A stretch of DNA of 64,000 nucleotides from Paragordius varius (Eukaryota > Animalia > Nematomorpha). Shown here piece after piece: positions 21,947 through 35,604 of this stretch (positions are counted from its first letter, which is position 1; each line of letters opens with the position of its first letter). Under the pieces are notes generated by a model. The model was given only the letters and a program-made list of their open reading frames with translations, was not told the DNA's origin and searched no databases. Location of the stretch: the NCBI GenBank assembly GCA_964247055.1, contig OZ176054.1, positions 12,710,001-12,774,000 on the forward strand, written 5' to 3'. The position numbers and the translations under genes are program-made.

Positions 21947-22880
21947 AACATAATCATAAAAATCAATTTAGAAACAATTTTTAAACAAACGCATCACAAA
22001 ATAACTTTAAAAGTTTTAAAAAAAACTTGAGAGTTTTTGAGAAAAAAGTTATAAAATGTTTAAAGTGTATTTCGATATCAGGCCACTACTGAGTAAACAA
22101 CAGGTAAGAACCCAATCTCCAAAAATAAAGTAATATTATGAACCTAAGTGATAAAATAAAATATATTAAAATGTGGCCCGCATTATGAAACATAACTATA
22201 AGCACCTAACAATTATAAATATTTCATTAAATTCAAACACATGAGAGTGTAATTTTTATTACCGATTAATGACAGTTCCTTTTTTAAATTGTAAAACTTT
22301 AAAATGAAAATTTATGACTAAAGTACATTGGTATTAAAAATAAATGATCTAAATTTAATTAACGATTTTTCTCGACTATATAATTACTATAATTAAAATG
22401 CTGTATAATTCGCCATGATCACTCAAATAAATTAAGATTGAAAAATAATTTAATATGACATTTTTTAGAAGCAATGCAAAGTCGCGATGCGTGTACTTCT
22501 TGGAAGAGTGGATGAATAAAAAAATTGACCCTTTACTGTAAAAAAATATATATTGCAAAGTGAAAGTAAATGAGGTTAAAGATAATCTCCATAATATAGA
22601 CATTTACAAAAATTATAAAAAAAAATACCAGGGTCGCATTCCTGTGATTAAGTTTCCTAAAACAATTGCGTCTTTGATATCTTCATCGGACAAAACCACT
22701 ACATGATATCCCTAATATAGTATATATACTTTATCGCTACAATAAATCTTTAGGTATCTATCCGTAAATGATGAAAGAATGCAAATTAAAATATGGCGTA
22801 ATAAATTGTTATGATTGTAAACAATTTTAAATTGAAAAAATATTTTTCTCGTATGTAGACCATTATAATTTAACACTTAC
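21947..22880 (+). repeat. U2 downstream flank, duplicated at ~26894-27817
   Basis: Colinear shared blocks, e.g. CAATTTAGAAACAATTTTTAAACAAAC, TTCGATATCAGGCCACTACTG, CGGACAAAACCACTACATGATATCCCTAAT, GAAAGAATGCAAATTAAAATATGGCG. Confidence 0.85.
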
Positions 22881-23254
22881 AAATCATAGCAATGTTTGAT
22901 AACACTTGGGGTAATTAACGACCTTTTAAATAAATATGGAATGTATTATGTAATTTACCGAAATATAAGGATTGATCTAAAAGCTTTTATAAATTTTATG
23001 AATAATAGGAAGTTATATAGCTTGTTGAGTGCATATGCTAATTTTAGATATTATTTCGGATTTTTTTCTTGTCAATTATTATTAATGTGATTATATTATT
23101 TATCAACATAGATTTAGCCCTACATTCTTACTTCATGACCTTTCCTCTTTTTGTCCTAGTTGGCATATTTGATTAATTTTGTATATTACACCTTAATTTT
23201 GTATTTAGGCCACTGATGAAAGTTATTTAGTAGAAATTTAATCATCAATCATGC

Positions 23255-25413
23255 CTACGACAATGGGAATGACTTGAGTGTTACTGTGTGTTTCCTGTAA
23301 TTGTTGAGCCATACAGCTATACTTCGTTATTTTATTGTTACGTTTCGAACGATTCTAGCCTGTTTTCAAACGGCACTGTGGGATCAATGATATAGTAATC
23401 AGTGCCATTTGTTACAATGAGGTCAGGGCGTAGTCTCGACGAATCGATGGCTTAATTTTCCCATAAGATCTTGAAATTTGATGGGAGGTTATCTTTAACA
23501 CTTGGATACAACACACTCATTTTATCCTTCGATTCAAATTGGGGTAGTTGGATACCCCAGGCCTGTTACAAATCAAATACTTAAATAAGTATAAAGGAAT
23601 CGAAACCATGACAAAATTTTGCACTTATATAACATTAAAAAACCGAAATATATAAAAAATTTAATTCAAAAATACTGGTATTACTTATTTTAAGCTAAAC
23701 TCGAAAGGTAAAAATTTCGTCAACGTGACATGTGTCAAATTGTAAAATTAAAAAATAATACAAAATAAACCGCTTTTTCTATTTCTATCAATGTTAAATG
23801 TAATTTATATAAAAAATTAGCTTTAGTTTTACCCTTAAAATTAAGGGAAGACGATATTTTGTAAAAATTTTGTAAAATAAAAATGGCGTCGAAGTAGTTT
23901 GAGATGGAACTTTTTTTCAAAACAAAATTTTATCAAGCTATTTTGGCATATTTATATAATTTTTATCAGGATAGAAGCATAAATTTAAATTGGGACCGTT
24001 TTCTTCAATACTTTTTTAAAATATTAATTTAAATTTAGTCTGGGCTATTTAGATACCCCAATTTGAATCGAGGTGTTAATCAGGTCTACTATGACGTTGT
24101 GTCTTTTGGTTATTATATTATCATCTTTGAGGCAGTGGTTTAAAACGTGGGCTTGGGTTTCTTTCGATTTGCCGCAGCGACGGCACATTTGTTCAGACGG
24201 CCTGAGTCGCATTTTCGTTGGAAGCAGATTGAGTCGCGCTCGATGGATGAAGTTCCAGTCTCTAAAGCGAAGATCCTTATTATTGTAAAGAAAATGGTGA
24301 CTGACCTTATCATCAGCGACGCACTCCATCACCCGACCCTGCAAAGCAAAATGGTGTAGCTCAGTATCCTTTAACTTTCGTTTGAAATCGAAGGTTCGAA
24401 ACAACAGCTGAGCGATTGTCTTGGAAGTATTTAGAGAACTCTGAAATTATTTGAGAGATTCAGACGCCATTCTCGCTATTGTCCAAATGTTTTGGTATTT
24501 ATTATCTCGATTTGAGACAAGAGGGTTCTCATAACCAGACAAATACTTGCCTAATTGATCGGGAGTTATAGAATCTAATTGAACCTTAAAACGAAAGCTA
24601 GCCAAACCCTTGACTTGCCTAATTGATCGGGAGTTATAGAATCTAATTGAACCTTAAAACGAAAGCTAGCCAAACCCTTGAGCTCCACGAGAGCAACAAA
24701 CTCTTATAGAGGGATCTCTAGTAAGTAATTAGAAAACGGAATCCACACGAAATATATTAATGTCATATCGGAATAAGGGCATCCCTAAGGCGCCAGAGCC
24801 AAAAATATAATTGTTAGTGGCATCTCTTGGGAGATTTAATATTTGTTTGAAAATTTTAGTTAGCCTTTTATCTAGAAATTCACCTTAACCATTTTTAGTT
24901 CATTATTTCTCAACTGGTGAGAAATGGTGGGATCGAAAAATTATTGCGTCTAGCTTTTGCCAGGAAAGGAGGCTAGAACTATGTATTTTATCCACAATTT
25001 CCGTAGAAGGAAGGGGATTAACGAAGTTGAGAACTACAGGCTTATCAAGAAATTTGACAAACTCACCTTGACCGATTGAGGGAACAACAACTTCACCAAT
25101 CTTAAAAACAGGACTACAAGAAGCCATAGAAATACTATTGCACTTCTCAGCTTTGATCGAAAGACCAATATCATTAATAAGACATTCTAACAAGTTCAGC
25201 CCAACTTGATGACGTTCAGAAGAGTCAGACAATAAAACAATGTCATCAGCATAAGCGAGGACATTGTGACCATTAAACATCATATATCTCAACACAAAAT
25301 CCAAGTTAAAAAGAAGGCGAGAAATCGGAAACCCCTTTTTAATGCCAGACAAGAAAGGAATGAATTGCGTTAACCCAGAAGCGGAAAAGAACTGAGTACA
25401 CGAATTTGTGTAA
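23255..25413 (-). pseudogene. Decayed antisense Utopia fragment (RT to RLE region), interrupted by a MITE and a ~58-bp tandem duplication
   Basis: Reverse complement of roughly 19870-21450 of the intact element. Contains YADD and the CRRC knuckle. Tandem duplication at ~24545-24680. Confidence 0.9.
23499..24075. mobile_element. piggyBac-like MITE inserted in the Utopia fragment
   Basis: TTAA duplicated on both sides. Removing it restores Utopia GTAGACCTGATTAAAGATAACC. Confidence 0.85.
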
Positions 25414-26176
25414 ATATCCTTTGCAGGGTCGGGTGATGGAGTGCGGAGCTGATGATAAGGTCAGTCACCATTTTCTTTACAATAATAAGGATCTTCGCTT
25501 CAGAGACTGGAACTTCATCCATCGAACGCGGCTCAATCTCCTTCCAACGAAAATGCGACTCAGGTCGTCTGAACAAATGTGCCGTCGCTGCGGCAAGTCT
25601 AAAGAAACCCAAGCACACGTTTTAAACCACTGCCTCAAAGATGATAATCAAATAACCAAAAGACACAACGTCATAGTAGACCTGATTAAAGATAACCTTA
25701 CATCAAATTTCAAGGTCTTAAGTGAAAACCAAGCCATCGATTCGTCGAGACTACGCCCTGACCTCATTGTAACAAATGGCACAGATTGCTACTATATCAT
25801 TGATCCCACATACCGTTTGAAAACAGGCTAGAATCATTCGAAATGGCTTTCAACAATAAAATAATGAACTATAGCTGTATGGCTCAACAATTAAGGACAT
25901 TTATAGCAACATCTAAGTCACCATTGTCGTAGGGAGCCTCAGCTGGTACTCAAAAAACGAATCGGTCGAAATTCCCTCATAGACAACAATTCAACAAGTG
26001 TAATTTTTTTTATATATATATTTCTTTTTTTTTCATTATATTTATTTTATTTCTTATATATTTATATGAAATAATATTATCTCTTCCTACCCCAATGTAA
26101 CTTCCCATGCCCAATATTGTTGCGCAGCACTTTTCTTCATATATTTTAAACTATATTATATATATTAATAAATTTT
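25414..26176 (+). pseudogene. 5'-truncated sense Utopia 3' fragment joined to a U2 3' half
   Basis: Matches ~20935-21795 of the intact element with stops and deletions. Ends AATAAATTTT|ATCTGTTC at the same U2 position. Confidence 0.9.
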
Positions 26177-26893
26177 ATCTGTTCTTATCAGCTTAACATT
26201 CTATTCAAATTGGGGTATCTAAATACCCCAGACTAAATTTGAGTTAGGATTTTTTAAAAATACTGAAGGAAACGTTAAATTTATGCTTCTATCCTCACAA
26301 AAATTATATAAATATGCCAAAATATCTTGATAAAATTTTGTTTTGAAAAAAAAAGTTCCATCTCAAACTACTTCAATGCCATTATTATTTTACAAAATTT
26401 TTGCAAAATATCGTCTTCATTTAATTTTAAGGGTAAAACTAAAGCCAATTTTTAATATTAATTACATCTAACATTGATAGAAATAGAAAAAGCGGTTTTC
26501 GTATTATTCTTTAATTTTACCATTGCACACATGTCACGTAAACTAATTATTTACCTTTCGATTTTAGCTTAAAATAAGTAATATCAAATTTTATATAATT
26601 TTTTTATATATTTCGGTTTATTGATGTATAAAGGCAAAATTTTGCTATGGTTTCGATTCCTTCCATATTTTTGGAATATTTCATTTTAAACAGGCCTGGG
26701 GTATTTAACTACCCCAATTTGAATCTAAGGACTAAAATGAATGTGTTGTATCCAAGTGTTAATATCTGAAACCTCTAAAGAGGTCCATGATTTTAAATTT
26801 ATTTTTGGAGATTTTGGGGAGGCGCTCTAAGGCTTGCCTATCCTTCCATATCGGGTCAACCTGGTATTGCATTTGCATTACATCGATGGCCCA
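26177..26893 (+). pseudogene. Second U2 snRNA 3' half, split by a MITE and degenerate at stem IIb and stem-loop IV
   Basis: ATCTGTTCTTATCAGCTTAA [MITE] TTAATATCTGAAACCTCTAAAGAGGTCC...ATTTTTG...CCTGGTATTGCA. No matching 5' half found. Confidence 0.88.
26197..26758. mobile_element. piggyBac-like MITE inserted in U2 loop IIa
   Basis: TTAA at 26193-26196 and 26759-26762, with family termini. Confidence 0.88.
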
Positions 26894-27821
26894 AACACAA
26901 TCATAAAATCAATTTAGAAACAATTTTTAAACAAACACATAAAAATTAACTGTAAAAGTTTTAAAAAAGTTGAAAGTTTTTAAGAAAAAGTGATAAAATG
27001 TTTAAGGGTATTTCGATATCAGGCCACTACTGTGTACACACCAAGGAAGAACCCAATTTCCAAAAATAAAATAATATTATGGAACTAAGTTATAAAAAGA
27101 ATATTATAAATAAATTTTTGGCTTAGCGCAGACGTACAAACACAAATGGCTTTGCGAGCCGCATTATAACATAAAATATAAAGAGCGTTATACACCGTTG
27201 GTGTAATTGTAATATTTGATTCAAATGAAAATATGTCATCAAAATATATCAAATATCTAAAAACAATAAATTTGAGCTGCTTGTCCCAATTGTTAATTAA
27301 TTTTAAAAAAGCTGTATTTTCGCCATAATCCGTCAAAAAATAAGGCTAATCTAACATTTAGAAAATAAAAAAATCCTAAAGATTTTTTAAAGCAGTGCAA
27401 GTCGCGATACATGTCTACTTGACAGAGTAATTTTGATACTCTGCTGTAAAAAATATATTTTGCTAAGTTGTATAAAAGCAACTATTAGAATAATCTCCAA
27501 TACATAGACATTTATTAATAATTGATAGAAAAACAACCTGTATCGCCTTGCTATAATCAAGTTATCTCTGAAAATATTTTGGGCCTTTGATATCTCCATC
27601 GGACAAAACCACTACATGATATCCCTAATTTAGACAAGGGTTATAGTGTAAAAGATAATAAAAAAAATGTATACATACTTTATCGTCCATAATGAATTTT
27701 CTAACATGTTGGGTTCAGTATCCATCAGTAGTGGTCGAAAGAATGCAAATTAAAATATGGCGGTATAAATCATGTTATGATTGTAAACATTTTGAAAAAG
27801 TATTTTTCTCATAACACTTAA

Positions 27822-28907
27822 CACTTCGATTCAAAGAGGGATAGAAATACCCCAGATAATAATTATAAAAAAACTACTGACAAAAACGGTGTTTCAATTA
27901 ATGCCTTTATCCAATTAAAATTTTATAAATAAGCCATAATATCTTAATTAAATATAGTTTTCGAAAAAAAGTTTCGTATCAAACAATTCGGACGCCATTC
28001 TTTTAAAACATTTTTGCAAAATATCGTGTTTATTTCTTTATTAAAATAAATTCAACCTTAAATTAAAAAGAAAAACTGTTAATTTTTATATTTAGCTTAT
28101 ATACATATGTGATGTTTAACACTTCGATTCAAATTGGGGTATCTAAATACCCCAGACTAAATTTGGTTTGAGGTTTTTAAAAAACTACTGAAGGAAACAG
28201 TCTCAATTTAAATTTATGCTTCTATCTTAATTAAAATTATATAAATATGCCAAAATATCTAAATAAAATTTTGTTTTAAGAAAAAGTTCCATGTCAAACT
28301 GCTTAGACGCCATGTTTATTTTAAAAAAATTTTTGCAATATATCGTCCTCGTTTAATTTTAAGGGTAAAATTAAAGCTAATTTTTTATTTAAATTACATC
28401 TAACATTGATAGAAATAGAAAAAGTGGATTATTTTGTATTATTTTTTAATTTTACCAGTGCACACATGTCACGGTGACCAAATTTTTACCTTTCGATTTT
28501 AGTTTAAAATAAGTAATATCAAGTATTTTTGAATAATTTTTTATATATATTTCGGTTTATTAATGTTATATAAGTGCAAAATTTTGCCATGGTGTTAATT
28601 CCTTTCATTTTTTTAAAGAATTTAATTTTAAACAGGCCTGGGGTATTTAACACCCCAATTTAAATCGAAGGGCTAAAATGAATGTGTGGTATCCAAGTGT
28701 TAACTAAATTTTACCCTTATGTTTTACCTCTAAATATGTAATATCTAACATTTTATATGAATTATATTAATATTTCGGTTTTAATGTTATATAAAACTTT
28801 TGCCATGGTTTCAATTTAATCCATATTTTTTATTTTATTTAAAACAATGGGGTGTCTAACTACCCCAATTGAATCAAATAAGTGAAATGAATGTGTTGTA
28901 TCCAAAT
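27822..28907. mobile_element. Older piggyBac-like MITE containing a younger nested copy (28120-28699)
   Basis: TTAA|CACTTCGATTCAAA at 27822. The nested copy has TTAA at 28116-28119 and 28700-28703. The degenerate right end follows. Confidence 0.7.
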
Positions 28908-29107
28908 ACGAATCGACATGTCCCTAGATAAAATTTGGGGTAATTGACGACGTTTATTAAATATAAAAGTATTGTAATAAGCTAATTTCCAGCTACATAT
29001 TATTATCTAATATATATTTTATGGATAAACCTGGAGTTAGATATCTTGATAAGTGCATTAAAATTAAAAAAATTTCGGATTTAACCATTTTTCCCCTCAA
29101 TTAGTTT

Positions 29108-29649
29108 ATCAATTGGATACAACACATCATTTCAGTACTTCCATTCAAATTGGGGTAGTTGGATAGCCCACCGTTTAAAATTAAATTCTTTTAAAAATAT
29201 GGAAGGAATCAAAACCATCGCTTTGCATTATATATAACATTAACGAAATGTATATATTCAAAAATACTTGATATTACATATTTTAAGCTAAAACCGAAAG
29301 GTTAAAATTTAGTCAACGTGACATGTATGCAATGGTAAAATTAAAAAATAATAGTAAATAAACCGGTTTTTCTATTTCTATCAATGTTAGATGTATTAAA
29401 AAAATTAGCTTTAATTTTAAAATTAAGACGATATTTTGCAAAAATTTTGTACAATAAAAATGGCGTCAATAGTAGTTTGACATGCAACTTTTTTTAAATA
29501 AAATATTAAGATATGTTGGCATATTTATAGAATTTTAATTAGGATAGAACCATAAATTTAATTTGCGACCGTTTCCTTCAATAGTTTTTTTAAAAATCCT
29601 AACTAAAACTAGTCTGGGGTATTTGGATACCCCAATTTGAATCGAAGTG
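29108..29649. mobile_element. piggyBac-like MITE copy (degenerate ends)
   Basis: GGATACAACACAT...TTGGGGTAG at the left and CCCCAATTTGAATCGAAGTG at the right. Confidence 0.75.
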
Positions 29650-29759
29650 TTGAATTTGATTATATTATACATTAACTTAATTTTAGCGGGGCATTCATTA
29701 CACTGGTAAAATTTTATATACTACAGAAATCCGTAAATACACCACTGTTGAAAGTTATT

Positions 29760-31104
29760 CAAGTCATAATTTATCAAACATTGTTCTCATGCATTAGATA
29801 AAAAAGTTTATATTTTTTACAGTTTTGTTACTTCTAGAGTTTAAATTGAAACAGCTCAGAAACACGATACACACCAACAGCTGCTGTAAAATCAAATATC
29901 AAGTTCTGCTGGTAAATGTAGTCTGAAATTTAAAGTTTTTTAACCTTATATATGCCATTTACAATCAACAAATGGTTTCTTGTGTAAAAGATGAATTACT
30001 TAATTTAGTAGAACGGTTGTGGATATGGTTAACCACATCCTGGTAGAATTCAGCCGCCGTAAATTCAAAAATTTTCTGAAAGATATCCGCAGTGAGTTTG
30101 ATGATATTCTTTTATATACTGCTGTGAGAATTAAATAGATTTTTGGTTTTAAGACATGAAATTCTATTATTTATAAAAGATAACAGAAAGTTTGACGAGG
30201 AAATCAATAGTGAATGGGGGGTTTTAATACCAACTTTTGCGACATTCCATATAAACTTAGGTATTTTTGATAAGTCTTCAAAGGAGCAAAATAATAACCC
30301 AATTTTCTGATCAAATATTTGGTTTTGAAGAAAAATTAATAATATATAAACAAGATTTTATAAATAAACCACTCCTATTTTTCCAACACTTAAAACCATT
30401 CATGAAGAAAATATAGAATTTACCGCGGAGATTAGTTTAATAATAGACAAATTTGACATTTTTATGTAATGAAATGAAATTAGGATTTCAAAAATTAAGA
30501 TAGATTAAAAATTGCTTAAAACTCGTTGAAAATCCATGGCATATGGTTATATCCAATATTAAGCAACTTGAGCAATTCGGTTTTGATCAGGCACATATCA
30601 TTGAAGAATTCGTAGTTAAAAAAGGATTCCAATTTGGAGGCTATATTTAAGGAGAATCGTAGAGAAGAAAGATATGTAGAGTTTTGGCAAGATAAAATAT
30701 GAAAAAATGTCCTCGGGTTATCTTAACTGTTTTTCCCACACGTGTAAGACATTCAAAAATGAAGTATATCAATTCATACAGAAATTGCTTAACCGATAAT
30801 CATATGGACGACGTATTAAGATTGGCCTGTCATGAGGCGAAGACGAAACCAAATTTGTCAATAATTATTGGAAAATAAATGTTGTTATCAAAATATTATA
30901 ATTTTTTAAATTAAATGGGGCAAAACGAGTTTTTTGGCTGGATTGTTATTCTATCCGCAAAAAATTCATTGTGCTGATTAAGAGTATAATTATGTGCATA
31001 TGTGTCGAATAGCTAAGGAATATTTGCCATTATAAGGTTCATGGCCCTTGAAAAAAAAAATATATTTTATTTGGCCCGTCAAATTTTTTTGGTGAGCACC
31101 ACTG
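29760..31104 (+). mobile_element. Decayed 3' half of a Buster-type hAT, same family as 13088-15503
   Basis: DDILLYTAVR remnant. The 3' region matches the reverse complement of 13088-13570. Terminus GAGCACCACTG. Left end not found. Confidence 0.7.
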
Positions 31105-31415
31105 ATTTAGATTATATCTATTTCGTTTATAAACATTATTATTGGGAAATAACTAATTTTTTAGGCCTTTAAGTATTTATATAGACAACATATAACACTT
31201 ACTTTTTTTAATGGCCCCGCCGTTGAACTGAAAATGCCGGCGGAGAAGCCTTCTCAAAATTGATATTTAAAAAAAAATCAATGACATGAAAGGAATAGTT
31301 TTTAAAAGGGAATAATTTATTTTAAATAAAGATGTTAAAATCATAATTTTGCAAACTGTATATTTTGGTGTGTTTTAGTTTCGTGAGCTACGTTTTCGAC
31401 ACTCATGTTTTAGAC

Positions 31416-31672
31416 TAGGGGTGTCCAACACAAATGGCTTTGTGATGGGCCACATTCGCGAAATATATGGGCAATAATATATATATATATTATTAGATTT
31501 CAAACATATGAATGTAAAAACCACTATTTATTTTAACTTTTTTGCTGGTACATTGCCAAAATTTGGATTTACTATTCAGAAGAGTAGCTTTAAAAACAAT
31601 TTCATAATTTGTATCTGAAGATTATTCGCGGACTGCATTAATATTTCGAAAACCGCAAATTGGACACTCATG
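31416..31672. mobile_element. hAT-type MITE
   Basis: TAGGGGTGTCCAA / TTGGACACTCATG termini. 8-bp flanks TTTTAGAC / TTTTAAAC. Confidence 0.55.
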
Positions 31673-33869
31673 TTTTAAACATTAAATTCACCTAGTACAA
31701 TATTGTATGAATGAATCATTTCAATCAATTGTTTTTTTTTTCTAAATCATGTTAATCTGTTTCTATTTATGGACTTCACTGAAACTATAATCCAGTAAAA
31801 TAATTTATTTTATTACCCCTACACTAAATTATTCGTTTATAAATAACTTAATTTAAAATATATATTATTATTACAAATACCCTAATTTATATTTATTACA
31901 CAAGGTTTTTTACCAGGCTAAAAATTATAGACGTTAACATTTTTTATCTGTACTAATAAATACTAAATATAACATAATATTTGTTTTACCAAAATATAAA
32001 GCTACGGCCTAAAATAGACTTGTGAACTTTATTCATTACCTTTTGCAACCATATCAAAAAATATTGAGAGTATAAACCTTTATTTTAAAAAAAAAATATT
32101 TTTATATTTTTACTTTTTATAAAGCCGGAATGTCAAAAATTTTGATCCTCCCCGCATTGATGCTATATTGTTTTATGGTTTCAGACAACACAGGTTATAT
32201 AGTTTTTTTTAATTTAAAGGTGTAACCAAAATAAATTGTTGTCGTTAAAAGACATATAATTGGTTATGATTTCTAGAAAAATTAAATTATAAAGACAAAA
32301 CGCATAAATTATTATAAAACAATTTTTCTTGAAAAAAGCTACAATATTTCAACCATGATTTTTTGATATCGTTTGGGGTTACAAATATATGGCATAGGAT
32401 ATGTAAATTGGTAATAAATGTATATTTCAAAATATAATCATAAATAAAATTCATGAAAATGGCTGCTTTTTCGAAATAGTTGACTTTCGTTTTTTTATAA
32501 TTAAAAATTTTTTTTGTAAGAAGGGAATAAAGTGTGTGAATATATAATTGCTTTGGGTAGCAATTCTATAAGTTATTAAATTCCTAAAGCATCATTAATA
32601 TTTCTACAAAATCAAATTAGAAGGAATTTTAAATAAAATTTTATGCGAAGTTGCAAATATGCCAAATCGCCTATTATTTACTGCCTTTTAATTTTATGAT
32701 AATTATTTTTCAATTATATTACTCAAAAGATCATCTAATATACTGATTTTTTAATAGCCATATTATGTGAGAACACATTAATTCATGATTCAATTTATGA
32801 AATATCCTTACTACCTTTTATAACATTAAAGAAATAATATTTTGATATTTCCTATAAATTTTAGTGATACCTGAAAGCTTGATATTTACGGGTACTTAGT
32901 ATTTACATAATTGTCATTTAAATTTTAAAAATATATATAAAAGATCAAAATACCGTTTTTTGCACTCAAACTTAATAATTTGGCTAATATAATGGCAAAA
33001 ATTTTAAAATTCGAAATTTTGATAAATTAAGATTTTTTTTCTGTTCATAAAAAAATGTAAAAAAAACTGAAATATACGACTTAAAAAAAGAAAACCTCTA
33101 CGTTTGCACACCCCTTTAGAACAAGAATCAAAATTGGAAGAAGGTATTGGCAAATTTAATTCTTTAGTGTTTGTTCATTGTGATTCGTATAGGAGCTCAA
33201 GTAAAAAATCAGCCCTAAACATTAAATTTATGTTTAATTAGTATAAAAAATTGAGAATTTATTCTATGATTTTAGCAGATGATTTTTTTACCAGAGCTTG
33301 TAATGAGACAAGTAAATATCACTATACAAAAATACCTTTTACACTTCAAATTCACCCTTGAACGATTCTCATATTCACCCTCGAACAATTCAAATAACAT
33401 AAATTATGTGTTTTTTAAGATTTAAAATTAGCTATATTTTTTAAAAATAAAATCTGTTTAAAATTAATATAATACTGAAAAAATAAATTAGCTTAACCGT
33501 AAATATTCCATAAAAATAATAATTTTATTAGCCCGAAAACAGATATTTATTTTTAGGGTGGATTTATATTGTTCAAGCGGGAATGTGAATAAAATTAAAA
33601 ATATATATTTTTATATTGTTTTTAATTGTATGTGATATATAGAAAATAAGAGAAAATTACTTATCGGTATTGTATATATCATAAATCTAAAAAAATTACT
33701 TTTTTATAAACATATATTCATAATCTACGTTAAAGATTTAGCACAAAAGGGGACTACTTACACCCAAGATAATGGAATTATAGCAAGTAATGATTAAACA
33801 TAATATAAATTTATACCTTAAAAAATAATCTTATACCATGCAATATAATTGACAAGTTTTTGTTTAAAA

Positions 33870-34110
33870 CAGGGGCCGGCATATTGGGATAAAAAAACCA
33901 ACAGATTCCGCATTCTTAAAAAATATGATCGGCATCATTTTAAACATAAGATTGTAAAGAAATACTACTTACTAATTAACATTTTTGCAATTATAAAACC
34001 CAAATTCAGGAAATTTTATTCAAACTGTTTTAATTTTTCTTGGATTCCATAAAATAAATTTCTTGCGGCCTGGACAATATATTCGGAGGGTCGCGTGCTG
34101 AACACCCCTG
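33870..34110. mobile_element. hAT-type MITE
   Basis: CAGGGG / CACCCCTG termini with a perfect 8-bp TSD GTTTAAAA. Confidence 0.75.
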
Positions 34111-35073
34111 GTTTAAAATATTTATATTTTTGATTGAGAGATCTAATATACATTTTTATCTGTCGTTATAAACTGAGAAGCCTTGTACTCCATATCTTGA
34201 AAATGCTATTAATACAGAGATTACATTTATTTCTATGGTTTAGCAGCAATTCTATATTTTATTTCGGTACTGTAGATCAATAAATCAAATAAAATTTTTG
34301 AAACATTTAAAAAGTACCTAATAATATAAAATTTTTTGTTTTTATATGTTCATCATATCTTAAAAATCTGAAAAGAATTGGTTATCACCCTGTATAATGG
34401 GGAAATATTCAAAAACTTCTTACAACTGCCTTTAAAATTTTTAATAATTTTTAAAACGTTTTAAAATTTAACCCAAAGTATTAATGTTTTCAATTAAGGT
34501 GTTTTGAGGTCGAAAAATATGAGCTTTTTTAGTTAATTTATAAACGGCGTCAGAAATAATATGCGATCCATCTCGTTTAATATTTCAGATGGGGACAAAA
34601 ATATGAGTTGCTCAACCTATTTTTTAAGCATAATTTTGCGAACTTAATTAATTTGCAGCCGAAAAGGCTTGGGATTCATTAAAGGTCAAGCGTTTAAAAA
34701 CTAATATTTATATGATTGTTGCTTTTTTAAATATATTTTATATTGTAGCATCATATATGGCAACACCAATATTTCGTGGTAAACATTGTCTTAACCATTC
34801 TTTTTTTTATAATATTTAGAAGCAAAGGAAAAATACCGTAATATAAATATATATATATATATATAGTATGAGTAAGTATACACTGCTAGAAAGTTATTTG
34901 TTATTGCCAAATAGCATATACTACAAAAAGAAATATTATTGGCTTATAATTATTTTTTTCCCTTTTTACTATTTATAATAATAATTCTCTTTGCTGCATA
35001 TGCTATTTGGCAGTAACTAATAACTTTCCAGCAATATATACTTACTCATACTGTATCTTTGAGCTTTTATTAA

Positions 35074-35604
35074 CACATGGATACAACACATCCATTTCAG
35101 TCATTCGATTCAAATTGGGGTAGTTAGATACTTCAGGGCTGTTGAAAATTAAATACTTAAAAAAATATGGAATGGATTGAACCATGGCAAAAATTTGCAC
35201 TCATTTAAAATATTTGATATTACTTATTTTTAGGTAAAACCTCAAGGTAAAATTTTAATCAACATGAGGTGTGTGCACAAGCCAAATTTAAAAATAAAAC
35301 AAAATAAGCCACTTTTTCTGTTTCTATCAATGTTAGATGTAATTTAAATAAAAAATTAGCTCTCATTTTAGCTTTAAAATCAAATAAACACGACATATTG
35401 CAAAAATATTGTAGGCGTCAAAGTAATTTGATATAAAACTTTTTAGAAAAACTAAATTTCAATTATATATTTAGGCTTTTTTATATAATTTTTATTAGGA
35501 TAGAAGGATAAATTTAAATTGGGACCGTTTACTTCAGTAGTCTTTTAAAACTGTTAATTTAAATTTAGTCTGGGATATTTAATACCCCAATTTGAATCGA
35601 AGTA
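35074..35604. mobile_element. piggyBac-like MITE copy
   Basis: TTAA on both flanks and family termini. Confidence 0.8.
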
